41,069 nt of DNA from Octopus bimaculoides (lineage: Eukaryota): the NCBI RefSeq assembly GCF_001194135.2, contig NC_068998.1, forward strand, positions 41,055,891 through 41,096,959, given 5' to 3'. The translations under genes were made by a program, and so were the position numbers. The notes beneath the pieces were generated by a model. The model saw only the letters and a list, made by a program, of their open reading frames with translations, had not been told where the DNA came from and searched no databases. Shown here piece after piece: positions 24,778 through 35,905 of the stretch (its first letter is position 1; every line of letters begins with the position of its first letter).

Positions 24778-25056
24778 AGGCGCGTGGCTTGGTGGTTAGG
24801 GTATTCGGTTTACGATCGTAAGGTCGTGAGTTCAATTCCCGGCGACGTATTGTCTCCTTGAGCAAAACACTTTATTTCACATTGCTCCAGTCCACTCAGC
24901 TGGCAAAAATGAGTTGTGCCTGTATTTCAAAAGGCCACCCTTGTCACACTGTGTCGCACTGATTATCCCTGAAAACTATGTTAAGGGTACACATATCTGT
25001 GGAGTGCTCAGCCACATGCACGTTAATTTTACGAGCCGGCAGTTCTGTTGATCGGA
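24778..25056 (+). mobile_element. tRNA-derived SINE, family C
   Basis: GGCGCGTGGCTTGGTGGTTAGG...GAGTTCAATTCCC (A/B boxes); 3' half shared with 37409-37600 and head shared with 31499. Confidence 0.85.
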
Positions 25057-25063
25057 ATATATA

Positions 25064-25134
25064 TGGCACTGACACTCTGTTGGTTACGACGACGAGTGTT
25101 CCAGTTGATCCGATCAACGGAACAGCCTGCTCGT
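25064..25134 (-). mobile_element. Inverted copy of the SINE family C 3' tail
   Basis: GTTCCAGTTGATCCGATCAACGGAACAGCCTGCTCGT has the same orientation as 37409-37475 and is the reverse complement of the tail at 25031-25056. Confidence 0.8.
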
Positions 25135-25144
25135 AATATATATA

Positions 25145-25834
25145 CAAGGTGCGTAAGGTATTTGAGGACATATCTCCTTTGGGTCATTGCTGCATTTTTT
25201 GCTAACTCTGTATAATCTTTGTTTCAGAAAATAATAATGGCAGACCCTCACCTTACTCATGCTGTTATTGTGGTTATAAAGGCTGAGTATAGCGATTTAG
25301 AAATGTCTCGAGTTTTAAAAGTTGCCAAATGTTTCGTCTATAAAGTTTGTAAGGAGCTAGAGACTGAATATGGAAACTTATCACCAGTATCAAAGCATAA
25401 GAAGCATTCTAAACGCTCTGAAATCATCAGAACATCTGAGTTTATCCAGCAAGTTCAACAAATCATTGATTACAATCCCAGAGAGTCCATGAGGTCAATT
25501 GCAAAGGAACTCCATGTGTCAAAAGAAACAGTCAGAAATGTTGTCCACGAAGACATCAGATATAAGTCTTGTATGATGAGGAAAGGTCAATTTGTCAGAA
25601 AAAAGCAAAAGAAAATCACTACATCAGATCTAAAAAGCTCTTAAATAAACTGAAAAATCCAGCAGAAGATTTGATTTGTTCTTTTTTTCTCAACGAGAAA
25701 ATCTCCGACCTAGATCAAAAAGTTAACAGAAGAAATGACAGATGGTTATGTGCAGACTCTTCTGAAGTTCCAAGTGTTATGCATGCAAAATTTCATGCAA
25801 CTGTTATAGTTTTAGGGGTTGTCAGCAATGAAGA
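25145..25834 (+). mobile_element. Tc1/mariner transposase pseudogene (maT/DD37D-like), 3'-truncated
   Basis: ORFs 25219-25644 and 25569-25937 overlap by a frameshift: HTH region SMRSIAKELHVSKETVRNVVHEDIRYKS, then FFLNEKISDLDQKVNRRNDRWLC..EVPSVMHAKFHATVIVLGVVSNE (first catalytic D replaced by N). Confidence 0.8.
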
Positions 25835-25889
25835 ACATACACACGCGCGCAGAAACACACACAAGCACACACAGACGTACACACCTATA

Positions 25890-26045
25890 CAAAAACGTAG
25901 ATTTTTCTATCAATTTCACTCACAAGGCGTTGCTTGACACGGAGCTATAGTAAGACACTCGCCTAAGCAGCCAGGTAGCATAAGGGATAGAACCCGAAGC
26001 CACGTGGTTTCAAAGTGAGCTTCTTAAGCCCATAACCATATCTGC
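25890..26045 (-). mobile_element. SINE family B head, diverged
   Basis: Similar to 8510-8660. Confidence 0.65.
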
Positions 26046-26154
26046 ATCTCTCTTTCTCTGTCTCTCTGTCTCTCTTTCTCTCTCTCTCTGTCTCTCTTTC
26101 TCTCTCTCTCTCTCTCTGTATATATATATATATATATATATAATATAAATTATT

Positions 26155-26340
26155 CTTTCCTACTCGAGGCACAAAGCCCGAAATTTTGGGGGAAGGGGCC
26201 AATCGATTAATTTATCGACCCCGAAAGGATGAAAGGCAAAGTCGACCTCGACGGAATTTGAACTCAGAACGTAAAGACAGGCAAAGTACGGCTAAGCATT
26301 TCGCCCGGCGTGCTAAAGTTTTTGCCAGCTCGCCGCCTTC
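26155..26340 (-). mobile_element. SINE family A with perfect 15-bp TSD
   Basis: ATAATATAAATTATT at 26140-26154 and 26341-26355; the body is the reverse complement of family A with a short internal deletion. Confidence 0.92.
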
Positions 26341-26344
26341 ATAA

Positions 26345-26875
26345 TATAAATTATTAAAGTGGCTAGACGCAATTTCAAACCAAAAGGCACAAGTACAATC
26401 TTCACTAAAAGGGACTCAAGGTGCAAGTCAGCACCAGCGTTGCTAGAAATAAGAGTCAAAACAACTCTTAGCAAAGAACAGAGCATTTTCTGTTCAACAA
26501 GGCACTATCTATCAACTGATAAGCGTGACAACTTCCCCACAGCAACCGAGGGCGCTAGATTGGTCGCTCGATTTCGGATAGAATTAATCCTCATCGATGA
26601 TGCTACTCCATTGCTTACGGTTAAGCTAACTTGACTTGCCAGTTTAAAGAATATACCATAGGAATCAGTGGCTGATTCTGTAAAATCGTAAAGTGAAAAT
26701 TATAAATTATTAAAGTGGCCAGACGCAATTTAAAACTAAAAGATACAAATACAATCGTTACTAAAAGCGACTAAGGGCACCGGCATTGCTAGAAATAATT
26801 CAAGAAAACTATTAGCCACGAACAGAGCACTATCTATAGACTGAGAAGAGAGCCGACCTCCCTACAGCACACGAC
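26345..26875 (-). mobile_element. 1.5 tandem units (period 356 bp) of the HHR repeat family
   Basis: TATAAATTATTAAAGTGGC starts at 26345 and 26701, and the units align over ~175 bp. Degenerate HHR at 26554-26605: UCGAUGA-GGAU-UAAUUCU-AUCC-GAAAUC..AAUC-UAGC. Confidence 0.8.
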
Positions 26876-27045
26876 GTGTTTTCATAGTTTCCACCTAGCC
26901 ATGTTAATTTCTTAACGAGGCATTTGTCAGCCAGTGGCTTTATTAAAGGAAACATGCTTCAGATGTCTCAAAGTGAGACTGAACTCGAGATCACGTGTTT
27001 GCTAAGCGAACTTCCTAAACGTACAGCCACGCCCTATGCTCAAAT
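26875..27045 (-). mobile_element. SINE family B head, diverged; truncates the second HHR-family unit
   Basis: gagactgaactcgagatcacgtg..cgtacagccacgccc resembles 8590-8660. Confidence 0.6.
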
Positions 27046-27548
27046 GAAAATATGCAGACACACAGAGATACATAGTGTATCAGTGGTACATCATAGCAGA
27101 TAAGAAAAGCAAGTGAAACAACAAGAAAAAAAGCAACAACAACAACAACAACAACAGCAGCAACAATAACAGTAAAAAATAATACAAATCAAAAAGTTTT
27201 TGAGAAATATCAAAAGTAAACGCATATATTTGTTTAATATTCTTCTTCAGTTCTTTCGTATATTTTTCCTTCTCTTCTCTTCTTTCTTTCATTCTTGCCA
27301 GCGTGTTTGTTTCTTTCCCTTTTTCTTTCCTACTTCTTTCTTGCAATATTCTTCTGCATCTTATATCTTAATTATTTCTTTGGTTTTATTTCTTTCACAA
27401 CGGCCGCCATGTTTTGTGTCTCGTTTACCTCATCTCTGCTATTTATCTCCCCTTTCTTCTTCATTACTTCATATCATTTTTCTTGTCTATCTTTTATTTC
27501 TATAGCCTTTCTTTCTCTGTCTTTTTTTTCTTTCTTTCTTTCTTTTTT

Positions 27549-27615
<67 letters not shown>

Positions 27616-28563
27616 CTCTTTCCGTTTTACATTCTTTCCTTCCTTTTGTTCAACGAAATGTCAGGGAAAACTTGATAAAACTAGATCAGGTTTTGCAGTT
27701 ATGTAGATAACAATGAGTATGAATAATATATANNNNNNNNNNNNNNNNNNNNNNNNNNNNNNNNNNNNNNNNNNNNNNNNNNNNNNNNNNNNNNNNNNNN
27801 NNNNNNNNNNNNNNNNNNNNNNNNNNNNNNNNNNNNNNNNNNNNNNNNNNNNNNNNNNNNNNNNNNNNNNNNNNNNNNNNNNNNNNNNNNNNNNNNNNNN
27901 NNNNNNNNNNNNNNNNNNNNNNNNNNNNNNNNNNNNNNNNNNNNNNNNNNNNNNNNNNNNNNNNNNNNNNNNNNNNNNNNNNNNNNNNNNNNNNNNNNNN
28001 NNNNNNNNNNNNNNNNNNNNNNNNNNNNNNNNNNNNNNNNNNNNNNNNNNNNNNNNNNNNNNNNNNNNNNNNNNNNNNNNNNNNNNNNNNNNNNNNNNNN
28101 NNNNNNNNNNNNNNNNNNNNNNNNNNNNNNNNNNNNNNNNNNNNNNNNNNNNNNNNNNNNNNNNNNNNNNNNNNNNNNNNNNNNNNNNNNNNNNNNNNNN
28201 NNNNNNNNNNNNNNNNNNNNNNNNNNNNNNNNNNNNNNNNNNNNNNNNNNNNNNNNNNNNNNNNNNNNNNNNNNNNNNNNNNNNNNNNNNNNNNNNNNNN
28301 NNNNNNNNNNNNNNNNNNNNNNNNNNNNNNNNNNNNNNNNNNNNNNNNNNNNNNNNNNNNNNNNNNNNNNNNNNNNNNNNNNNNNNNNNNNNNNNNNNNN
28401 NNNNNNNNNNNNNNNNNNNNNNNNNNNNNNNNNNNNNNNNNNNNNNNNNNNNNNNNNNNNNNNNNNNNNNNNNNNNNNNNNNNNNNNNNNNNNNNNNNNN
28501 NNNNNNNNNNNNNNNNNNNNNNNNNNNNNNNNNNNNNNNNNNNNNNNNNNNNNNNNNNNNNNN

Positions 28564-28600
<37 letters not shown>

Positions 28601-29079
28601 GTTTGTATACATATAATATCTATCTAACTATTGATCGATCGATATATCTTCCTCTCTTACTCTCTTTCACTCCACACACATACACCCACACACATATACA
28701 TACAAACACACACGTATATTTATATGCATATGTACATACAAAATTACAGAATGGTTCTGCTTGAAAGGAACTAAGACTAAATGAAATTTGTACATTACAC
28801 GCAGCGTGATCGAACCCATGACTGCGAGGTGAGTTTCTTCATTTCTGTTACTCTGGGTTCATGATATTGTGAAAAGATAGTGTATGATAGTTTATGATGC
28901 TGACTTTAAGAATAACTCTTCCTACTTTAGACTAATAACACAATGCGTTCTATACAGGATTTACAGATAACAAAATAGACTGTCTTACAATAAAACACCA
29001 TCTAAAATAGATTAAAAATTTAACTACAATAAAATATAAAATAACATAATGCAATATATGAATATCACAAAATACAATA

Positions 29080-29118
<39 letters not shown>

Positions 29119-31429
29119 NNNNNNNNNNNNNNNNNNNNNNNNNNNNNNNNNNNNNNNNNNNNNNNNNNNNNNNNNNNNNNNNNNNNNNNNNNNNNNNNNN
29201 NNNNNNNNNNNNNNNNNNNNNNNNNNNNNNNNNNNNNNNNNNNNNNNNNNNNNNNNNNNNNNNNNNNNNNNNNNNNNNNNNNNNNNNNNNNNNNNNNNNN
29301 NNNNNNNNNNNNNNNNNNNNNNNNNNNNNNNNNNNNNNNNNNNNNNNNNNNNNNNNNNNNNNNNNNNNNNNNNNNNNNNNNNNNNNNNNNNNNNNNNNNN
29401 NNNNNNNNNNNNNNNNNNNNNNNNNNNNNNNNNNNNNNNNNNNNNNNNNNNNNNNNNNNNNNNNNNNNNNNNNNNNNNNNNNNNNNNNNNNNNNNNNNNN
29501 NNNNNNNNNNNNNNNNNNNNNNNNNNNNNNNNNNNNNNNNNNNNNNNNNNNNNNNNNNNNNNNNNNNNNNNNNNNNNNNNNNNNNNNNNNNNNNNNNNNN
29601 NNNNNNNNNNNNNNNNNNNNNNNNNNNNNNNNNNNNNNNNNNNNNNNNNNNNNNNNNNNNNNNNNNNNNNNNNNNNNNNNNNNNNNNNNNNNNNNNNNNN
29701 NNNNNNNNNNNNNNNNNNNNNNNNNNNNNNNNNNNNNNNNNNNNNNNNNNNNNNNNNNNNNNNNNNNNNNNNNNNNNNNNNNNNNNNNNNNNNNNNNNNN
29801 NNNNNNNNNNNNNNNNNNNNNNNNNNNNNNNNNNNNNNNNNNNNNNNNNNNNNNNNNNNNNNNNNNNNNNNNNNNNNNNNNNNNNNNNNNNNNNNNNNNN
29901 NNNNNNNNNNNNNNNNNNNNNNNNNNNNNNNNNNNNNNNNNNNNNNNNNNNNNNNNNNNNNNNNNNNNNNNNNNNNNNNNNNNNNNNNNNNNNNNNNNNN
30001 NNNNNNNNNNNNNNNNNNNNNNNNNNNNNNNNNTATATATATATATATATGTATATGTATATACATATGTATATAGCTATGTGTATGTATATGTATGTAT
30101 GTGTATATACGTATAGATACATATATACATACATACACACACACATATATTAAGGTTCATTCCTACATACATATACATGTTTATATTATGCATGGATAAA
30201 TATGTGCTCATTCATACAGATGTATATAGATTTGGAAGAAATTGAGAAAATGAATAAAAGAGAAACGCAAACACCATTTATTAAATGCATAAAGTATATG
30301 ACAAAAAGCCGGAAGCTTGAAATAATAGTTTTTATTCAACTTCCGCTTTTAACAGATTCCGGTTTGATTTTCTTCATAATATTACAAATAGTTAACTTAA
30401 CGTCATAATTAAGTTCTTTCAGCCATTGAATTAATATTTTTTCTTTAAATTTACATTCTCTAGACAATGTGTTTTATCCGCAAGGGGAGATTGAAATCGT
30501 GACGTCGTTGTCACAATTTCTCATTTCCTTTTCCTTCCTACTAGATTTTATGAACATGCGCACTGGAAACAATAAATGATTAGGAGAAACAATGACTGTA
30601 ACATTACAAAAGGAACGAGAAACAACACTCAACCCTACAAAAAAATATAATAAAATGCAATAAAAATGTTTTGGTTGTTATGGCTGATATTATAGTAGTA
30701 GTAATAGTAGTACTGATGGTGGTGGTGGTTGTGGTGGTGATGGTGTGATGGTAGTGATGGTGGTGATGGTGGTGGTGGCGGCGGTGGTGTGTTGGTGGTA
30801 GTACTGGTCATAGTAGCGGAGTTAGCAGCAGCGGTAGAGGTGGTTGTAGTACAGGAGTTGGCGATGGCGGTAGAAATGAATGTGGTGGTGGTGCTGGTGT
30901 TGGTTATAACAGTAGAAGTAGTAGTAGTAGTGGTGGCGGTGCTGTTGTTGGTTATAACAGTAGAAGTAGTAGTAGTAGTAGTGGTGGTGGTGGTGGTAGT
31001 AGTAGTTGTGGTAACGCTTGTTGCTGCTGCTGCTTTAGATGCTTTTGTTTTTGCTGCTGTTGGGTGTTGTTGTTGCTGTGCTTGCTTAGAAATGTGGAAG
31101 CCATATTTTCCGAGCTTTAACACTACATCATCTTATTGTTATGTGGCAACGCAAGAAGGTGGGGGGGGGGGGAGAAGGAAATAACGAAAGAACAAACACC
31201 ACCATCATCTGCACTACTGCCACCACCGCCTACACCACCACCAGCAACAAAAACATCAGTAAGAATAATAATAAAAACTACAACAAAACGATACTATTCT
31301 ATCATTATCATTAATTAGAAGAAAATCATTAGTCTTGGAGATACTGCTTTGTTATGTCATCTAATTACTTTTGCTCAACATCTGATTTCAAATCCCACCA
31401 AGATGAATATTGCAATTTGTGCATTTAGG

Positions 31430-31498
<69 letters not shown>

Positions 31499-31500
<2 letters not shown>

Positions 31501-31636
31501 CGCGTGGCTTAGCGGTTAAGGTATTCGGCTCACGATTGTAATGTGAGTTTTATTCCTGGCGGAACGCCGTATCCTTAAGCAAGACGCTTCGTTTCACGTT
31601 GCACAAGTCCGCTGGGCTGGCAAAAATGAGCCAGCT
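31499..31636 (+). mobile_element. SINE family C 5' part
   Basis: Homologous to 24778-24915. Confidence 0.75.
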
Positions 31637-32288
31637 TTGCCACTTACCTTAAGAGAATGCATGTTTGTACAAATTCATGTATGATGACTGCAAGTCGATG
31701 TCGAACCATGGCATCGCTTGGTTGTTCTCTTAAACTCGAGCTGCACAGATGTAGCTAACTTTTCAGTTTTATTATGGACCTACACGTACATGGACAAATG
31801 CAGCAAAAATGGGCACCACTTGCAGTAGTTGTTCAGAGAGGTGTCAGCCTACTCACACTAATACTTGGTTTCATTCCATCATAGAATTTTCATTGTTTGT
31901 TCTGCCTTTTCCAGCTGCAGCCAGCCATGGTACGCAAGTTAAAAATCAAGCAATTTCTGTGAAGAAAGACCAAGCATAAAGCCAACTCTACTCTCTAAAC
32001 AGCGTATGCATTTGTCGGAAAGGAAGAACTAGTCTACATTATGCAAACGAAAGTCTCTACTGGTAACAAGTAACCAACTACAATGACTAAGATATTTAAA
32101 AGTTAGACATGCTAGTCTAATTTCTGATTGCTTTATAAACAAGCATAGTATTTTATAATGTTGATTGGTGAAGGAACACACTGAGAAACAGCTCGTTAAG
32201 TGTTTTTCTATCCATTTTCCCGCATATCAAGAGTACAGAAGGATTACATTTTTGACTGCTACCAGTATCCCTGGACACATATAAATGC

Positions 32289-32347
<59 letters not shown>

Positions 32348-32349
32348 AA

Positions 32350-32480
32350 CTGTTACTTATGTTATCGATCTCGAGAGGATGAAAAGCAAAGTTGACCTTG
32401 GCGGAATATGAACCCAGAACGTAAAACGCGAAATAAATGCCTCTAAATATTTTGTCCAACTTAATAACGCGTCTACCAAC
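32350..32480 (-). mobile_element. SINE family A fragment
   Basis: ttatcgatctcgagaggatgaaaagcaaagttgacc..gaacccagaacgtaaa resembles 26213-26340. Confidence 0.75.
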
Positions 32481-33354
32481 TCTCCACCTTCTACAACAAC
32501 AACAACAACAGCAGCAGAAGCAGCAGCAGCAGCAACTACAACATCAACGGCAACAACAGCAACAACATCAATATTGAAAACACTAACACCAACACCAACG
32601 CTAAAGCCAGATGCACACTGCAAACAGAAAAATACAACACGTCCAATATGGCCGACGGAAGTAATTAGAAGATGAGCTGGATTTAGGACAAACTGCTACT
32701 TAACGGAATAGATGCACGTAAACAGAGGGATTAGTTGGATGGAGTGTAATCCGGTCATTTAGCTATAATCAGTTTCTAATCCAATAATAATTGAGTGTAG
32801 AAGAATTTTTGAACTGTCGTTCACACTAAGTGGCATATAGACGATGGTGGTGGTGGTGGTGGTGGTGGTGAGTGTGAGGTGTGGGGGAGGAGGTGGGACG
32901 TGTGGTGTGGGGTCGGGTCGAAGGTGGGTGGTTGGGTGGGGTGGGAGTCGATTTACATGTATATATGCAGTTGCTGTTTGGTGAACGTATGTAAATGTAT
33001 TTGTATGTAGCTAGTTTGTATGTGTATGTATGTGTGTGTATGTGGCTGTCAGTATGAAAATATTAGTGAATACATGTATGCATGTNNNNNNNNNNNNNNN
33101 NNNNNNNNNNNNNNNNNNNNNNNNNNNNNNNNNNNNNNNNNNNNNNNNNNNNNNNNNNNNNNNNNNNNNNNNNNNNNNNNNNNNNNNNNNNNNNNNNNNN
33201 NNNNNNNNNNNNNNNNNNNNNNNNNNNNNNNNNNNNNNNNNNNNNNNNNNNNNNNNNNNNNNNNNNNNNNNNNNNNNNNNNNNNNNNNNNNNNNNNNNNN
33301 NNNNNNNNNNNNNNNNNNNNNNNNNNNNNNNNNNNATATATACATACATATATA

Positions 33355-33548
33355 CAGTTCTATGTTTAAAAGATGAGAAATTATGTACATTTTTTACATT
33401 ATTTACATTATTTACATTTGACGGATATTTGTCCCCATCTTGCTTGTTGTTAACATAACTTTTCGGCTGATATACCCTCCAGCCTTCTTCAGGTGTCATG
33501 GGGAAATTTCGAACCTGGGTTCTCATTCCTAAGGTATTTTTCGATGAT
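33355..33548 (-). mobile_element. Interspersed repeat tail containing a Penelope-style HHR remnant (33452-33496)
   Basis: Minus strand: GACAC-CUGAAGA-A-GGCUG-GAGGGUAUAU-CAGCC-GAAA-GUU-AUGUU; 5-bp stem II, C15.2 missing. Confidence 0.7.
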
Positions 33549-33608
33549 ATTATTATTATTATGATTATTATTATTGTTGTTGTTGTTGTTGTAGTTGTTG
33601 TTACTATT

Positions 33609-33669
33609 GTGGTTAAGAGCGCGGGCTACTAATCCCAAGATTCCGAGTTCGATTCCAAGCAGTGACGTG

Positions 33670-33670
<1 letters not shown>
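33609..33670 (+). mobile_element. tRNA-like SINE head (5'-clipped)
   Basis: GTGGTTAAGAGCGCGGGCTACTAATCCCAAGATTCCGAGTTCGATTCC: partial A box and B box (33645-33656), followed by (AAC)n. Confidence 0.75.
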
Positions 33671-33706
<36 letters not shown>

Positions 33707-33976
33707 GTAATAGTTTAGACAGCATCCCAGGAGAACCATGCCTCGAAAGGAAATGCAAAAGATTGTGCTGACAAGTACTGCCTACATCTTTAGAAAAACC
33801 CTTTCAATTGAAATGTTTGCGTTGTATTATTATATGGATGCTCTTCTCTACTGCCCTCACCATTTACCCTTGCCAAGCTTTCAGCTATATTTTCACATCT
33901 CTTAACCTTCACTTGCCCTAGGGTGCTGAGTGTGTCCAGCAAGTGATTGCATCAAACATACAGATTAAAAGTAAAC

Positions 33977-34033
<57 letters not shown>

Positions 34034-34034
34034 G

Positions 34035-34090
<56 letters not shown>

Positions 34091-34245
34091 GTGATGACGA
34101 TGACGATGATGACGATAATGCTACTTTCACTTCTGGTTCAAAATACATAAGGCGTCTTGAATTCTGAATTCATATGGGGAATTAAAACATATTGAAATGA
34201 GAAAGAGAAAGAAATAGATAGATAGATAGAGACAGAGATAGAGTA

Positions 34246-34292
<47 letters not shown>

Positions 34293-35092
34293 NNNNNNNN
34301 NNNNNNNNNNNNNNNNNNNNNNNNNNNNNNNNNNNNNNNNNNNNNNNNNNNNNNNNNNNNNNNNNNNNNNNNNNNNNNNNNNNNNNNNNNNNNNNNNNNN
34401 NNNNNNNNNNNNNNNNNNNNNNNNNNNNNNNNNNNNNNNNNNNNNNNNNNNNNNNNNNNNNNNNNNNNNNNNNNNNNNNNNNNNNNNNNNNNNNNNNNNN
34501 NNNNNNNNNNNNNNNNNNNNNNNNNNNNNNNNNNNNNNNNNNNNNNNNNNNNNNNNNNNNNNNNNNNNNNNNNNNNNNNNNNNNNNNNNNNNNNNNNNNN
34601 NNNNNNNNNNNNNNNNNNNNNNNNNNNNNNNNNNNNNNNNNNNNNNNNNNNNNNNNNNNNNNNNNNNNNNNNNNNNNNNNNNNNNNNNNNNNNNNNNNNN
34701 NNNNNNNNNNNNNNNNNNNNNNNNNNNNNNNNNNNNNNNNNNNNNNNNNNNNNNNNNNNNNNNNNNNNNNNNNNNNNNNNNNNNNNNNNNNNNNNNNNNN
34801 NNNNNNNNNNNNNNNNNNNNNNNNNNNNNNNNNNNNNNNNNNNNNNNNNNNNNNNNNNNNNNNNNNNNNNNNNNNNNNNNNNNNNNNNNNNNNNNNNNNN
34901 NNNNNNNNNNNNNNNNNNNNNNNNNNNNNNNNNNNNNNNNNNNNNNNNNNNNNNNNNNNNNTATGTAACTGTCTGTCTTGCCTACCTGCCAACCTTGCAT
35001 ACCTACCTGCTTACCTATCTGTCTATCTATCAGCCAATCAATCAATGAATCAGTTTATCTGTCTGTCCGTCTGTCTGTCCGTCTGTCTGTCC

Positions 35093-35131
<39 letters not shown>

Positions 35132-35289
35132 AATCTACCTGAGCAGGTGTCTGATAGCTTGTGTGTTTTTTGTGCTTATATACGTCAGTTTGTGTGTAGA
35201 TGTGGTAGTGCAAATCTCTATCTATCAATGTGTATATGTGTCTGAGTGTGTGTGTGTGTGTGTATGTGTGTGTGTGTGTTTATGCGTGT

Positions 35290-35660
35290 GTATGTGGGAA
35301 TATGTAGCATTATACACTGAGTGTGTATGTAGCATCGTGGCTGTAAACGTGTGTGTAGTAGTACTGTGGGCGTTCCTTTGTGTGTAGCACTATGAGAGTA
35401 TGCGTGTAACACTGTGTGTATGTGTGTGTGTGTAGTATTGTGATTGTGTGTATGTGACTTGTAGCACTGCGATTATGTATGTGTGGGTGTAGCTCAACGT
35501 GTGTGTATGTGACACTGTGTGAGTGTGTCTGCGTGTATAAAGCTCTGTGAGTGCATATGTCGCACTGTGTGTGTATAACGCATTTGTAGCACTGGAATTT
35601 GTGTACGTATGTATTACTCTGTGTGTGTGTGTATGTGTGCGTGTGTAACACTGATGTAAT
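35290..35660 (+). repeat. Compound minisatellite: TGTAGCACTG-like motif recurring in a (TG)n matrix
   Basis: About 10 variants, e.g. tgtagcacta, tgtaacactg, tgtagcactg, gtcgcactg. Confidence 0.6.
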
Positions 35661-35855
35661 GTACTGACTGTAACGAATCTCTAATACATGTGATGAGGTA
35701 TAAAAATAGAAGGATGGTGCGATAAGGACACAGAGTTTAGCGAAGTGCATTCCCCTCTAAGCATCATACATGGATTTTTAATAGCATCAGCTACATATGT
35801 GTATGTATATATACATATACATACACATACATACAGGGATACGTATATATGCACA

Positions 35856-35905
<50 letters not shown>

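Noticed and set aside
30462-30522. Peptide-like DNVFYPQGEIEIV after a pyrimidine tract, plus a GAAATCGTGAC/GTCACAATTTC palindrome
   Set aside because: No clear donor site or family match; too short to support.
31850-31975. Unique-looking island with splice-like sites (plus-strand TTTTCCAG acceptor; minus-strand CTTCACAG...AGT/GTGAGT pair)
   Set aside because: The minus-strand candidate exon has stops in all three frames and no peptide is recognisable; it needs RNA-seq to be considered.
32643-32655. YY1-like CAATATGGCCG motif (also AACATGGCG near 12820)
   Set aside because: Short motif with no supporting promoter context.
33609-33670. Possible functional tRNA gene (also the head at 37720-37789)
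   Set aside because: No complete acceptor stem or cloverleaf; embedded in SINE bodies or followed by simple repeats.
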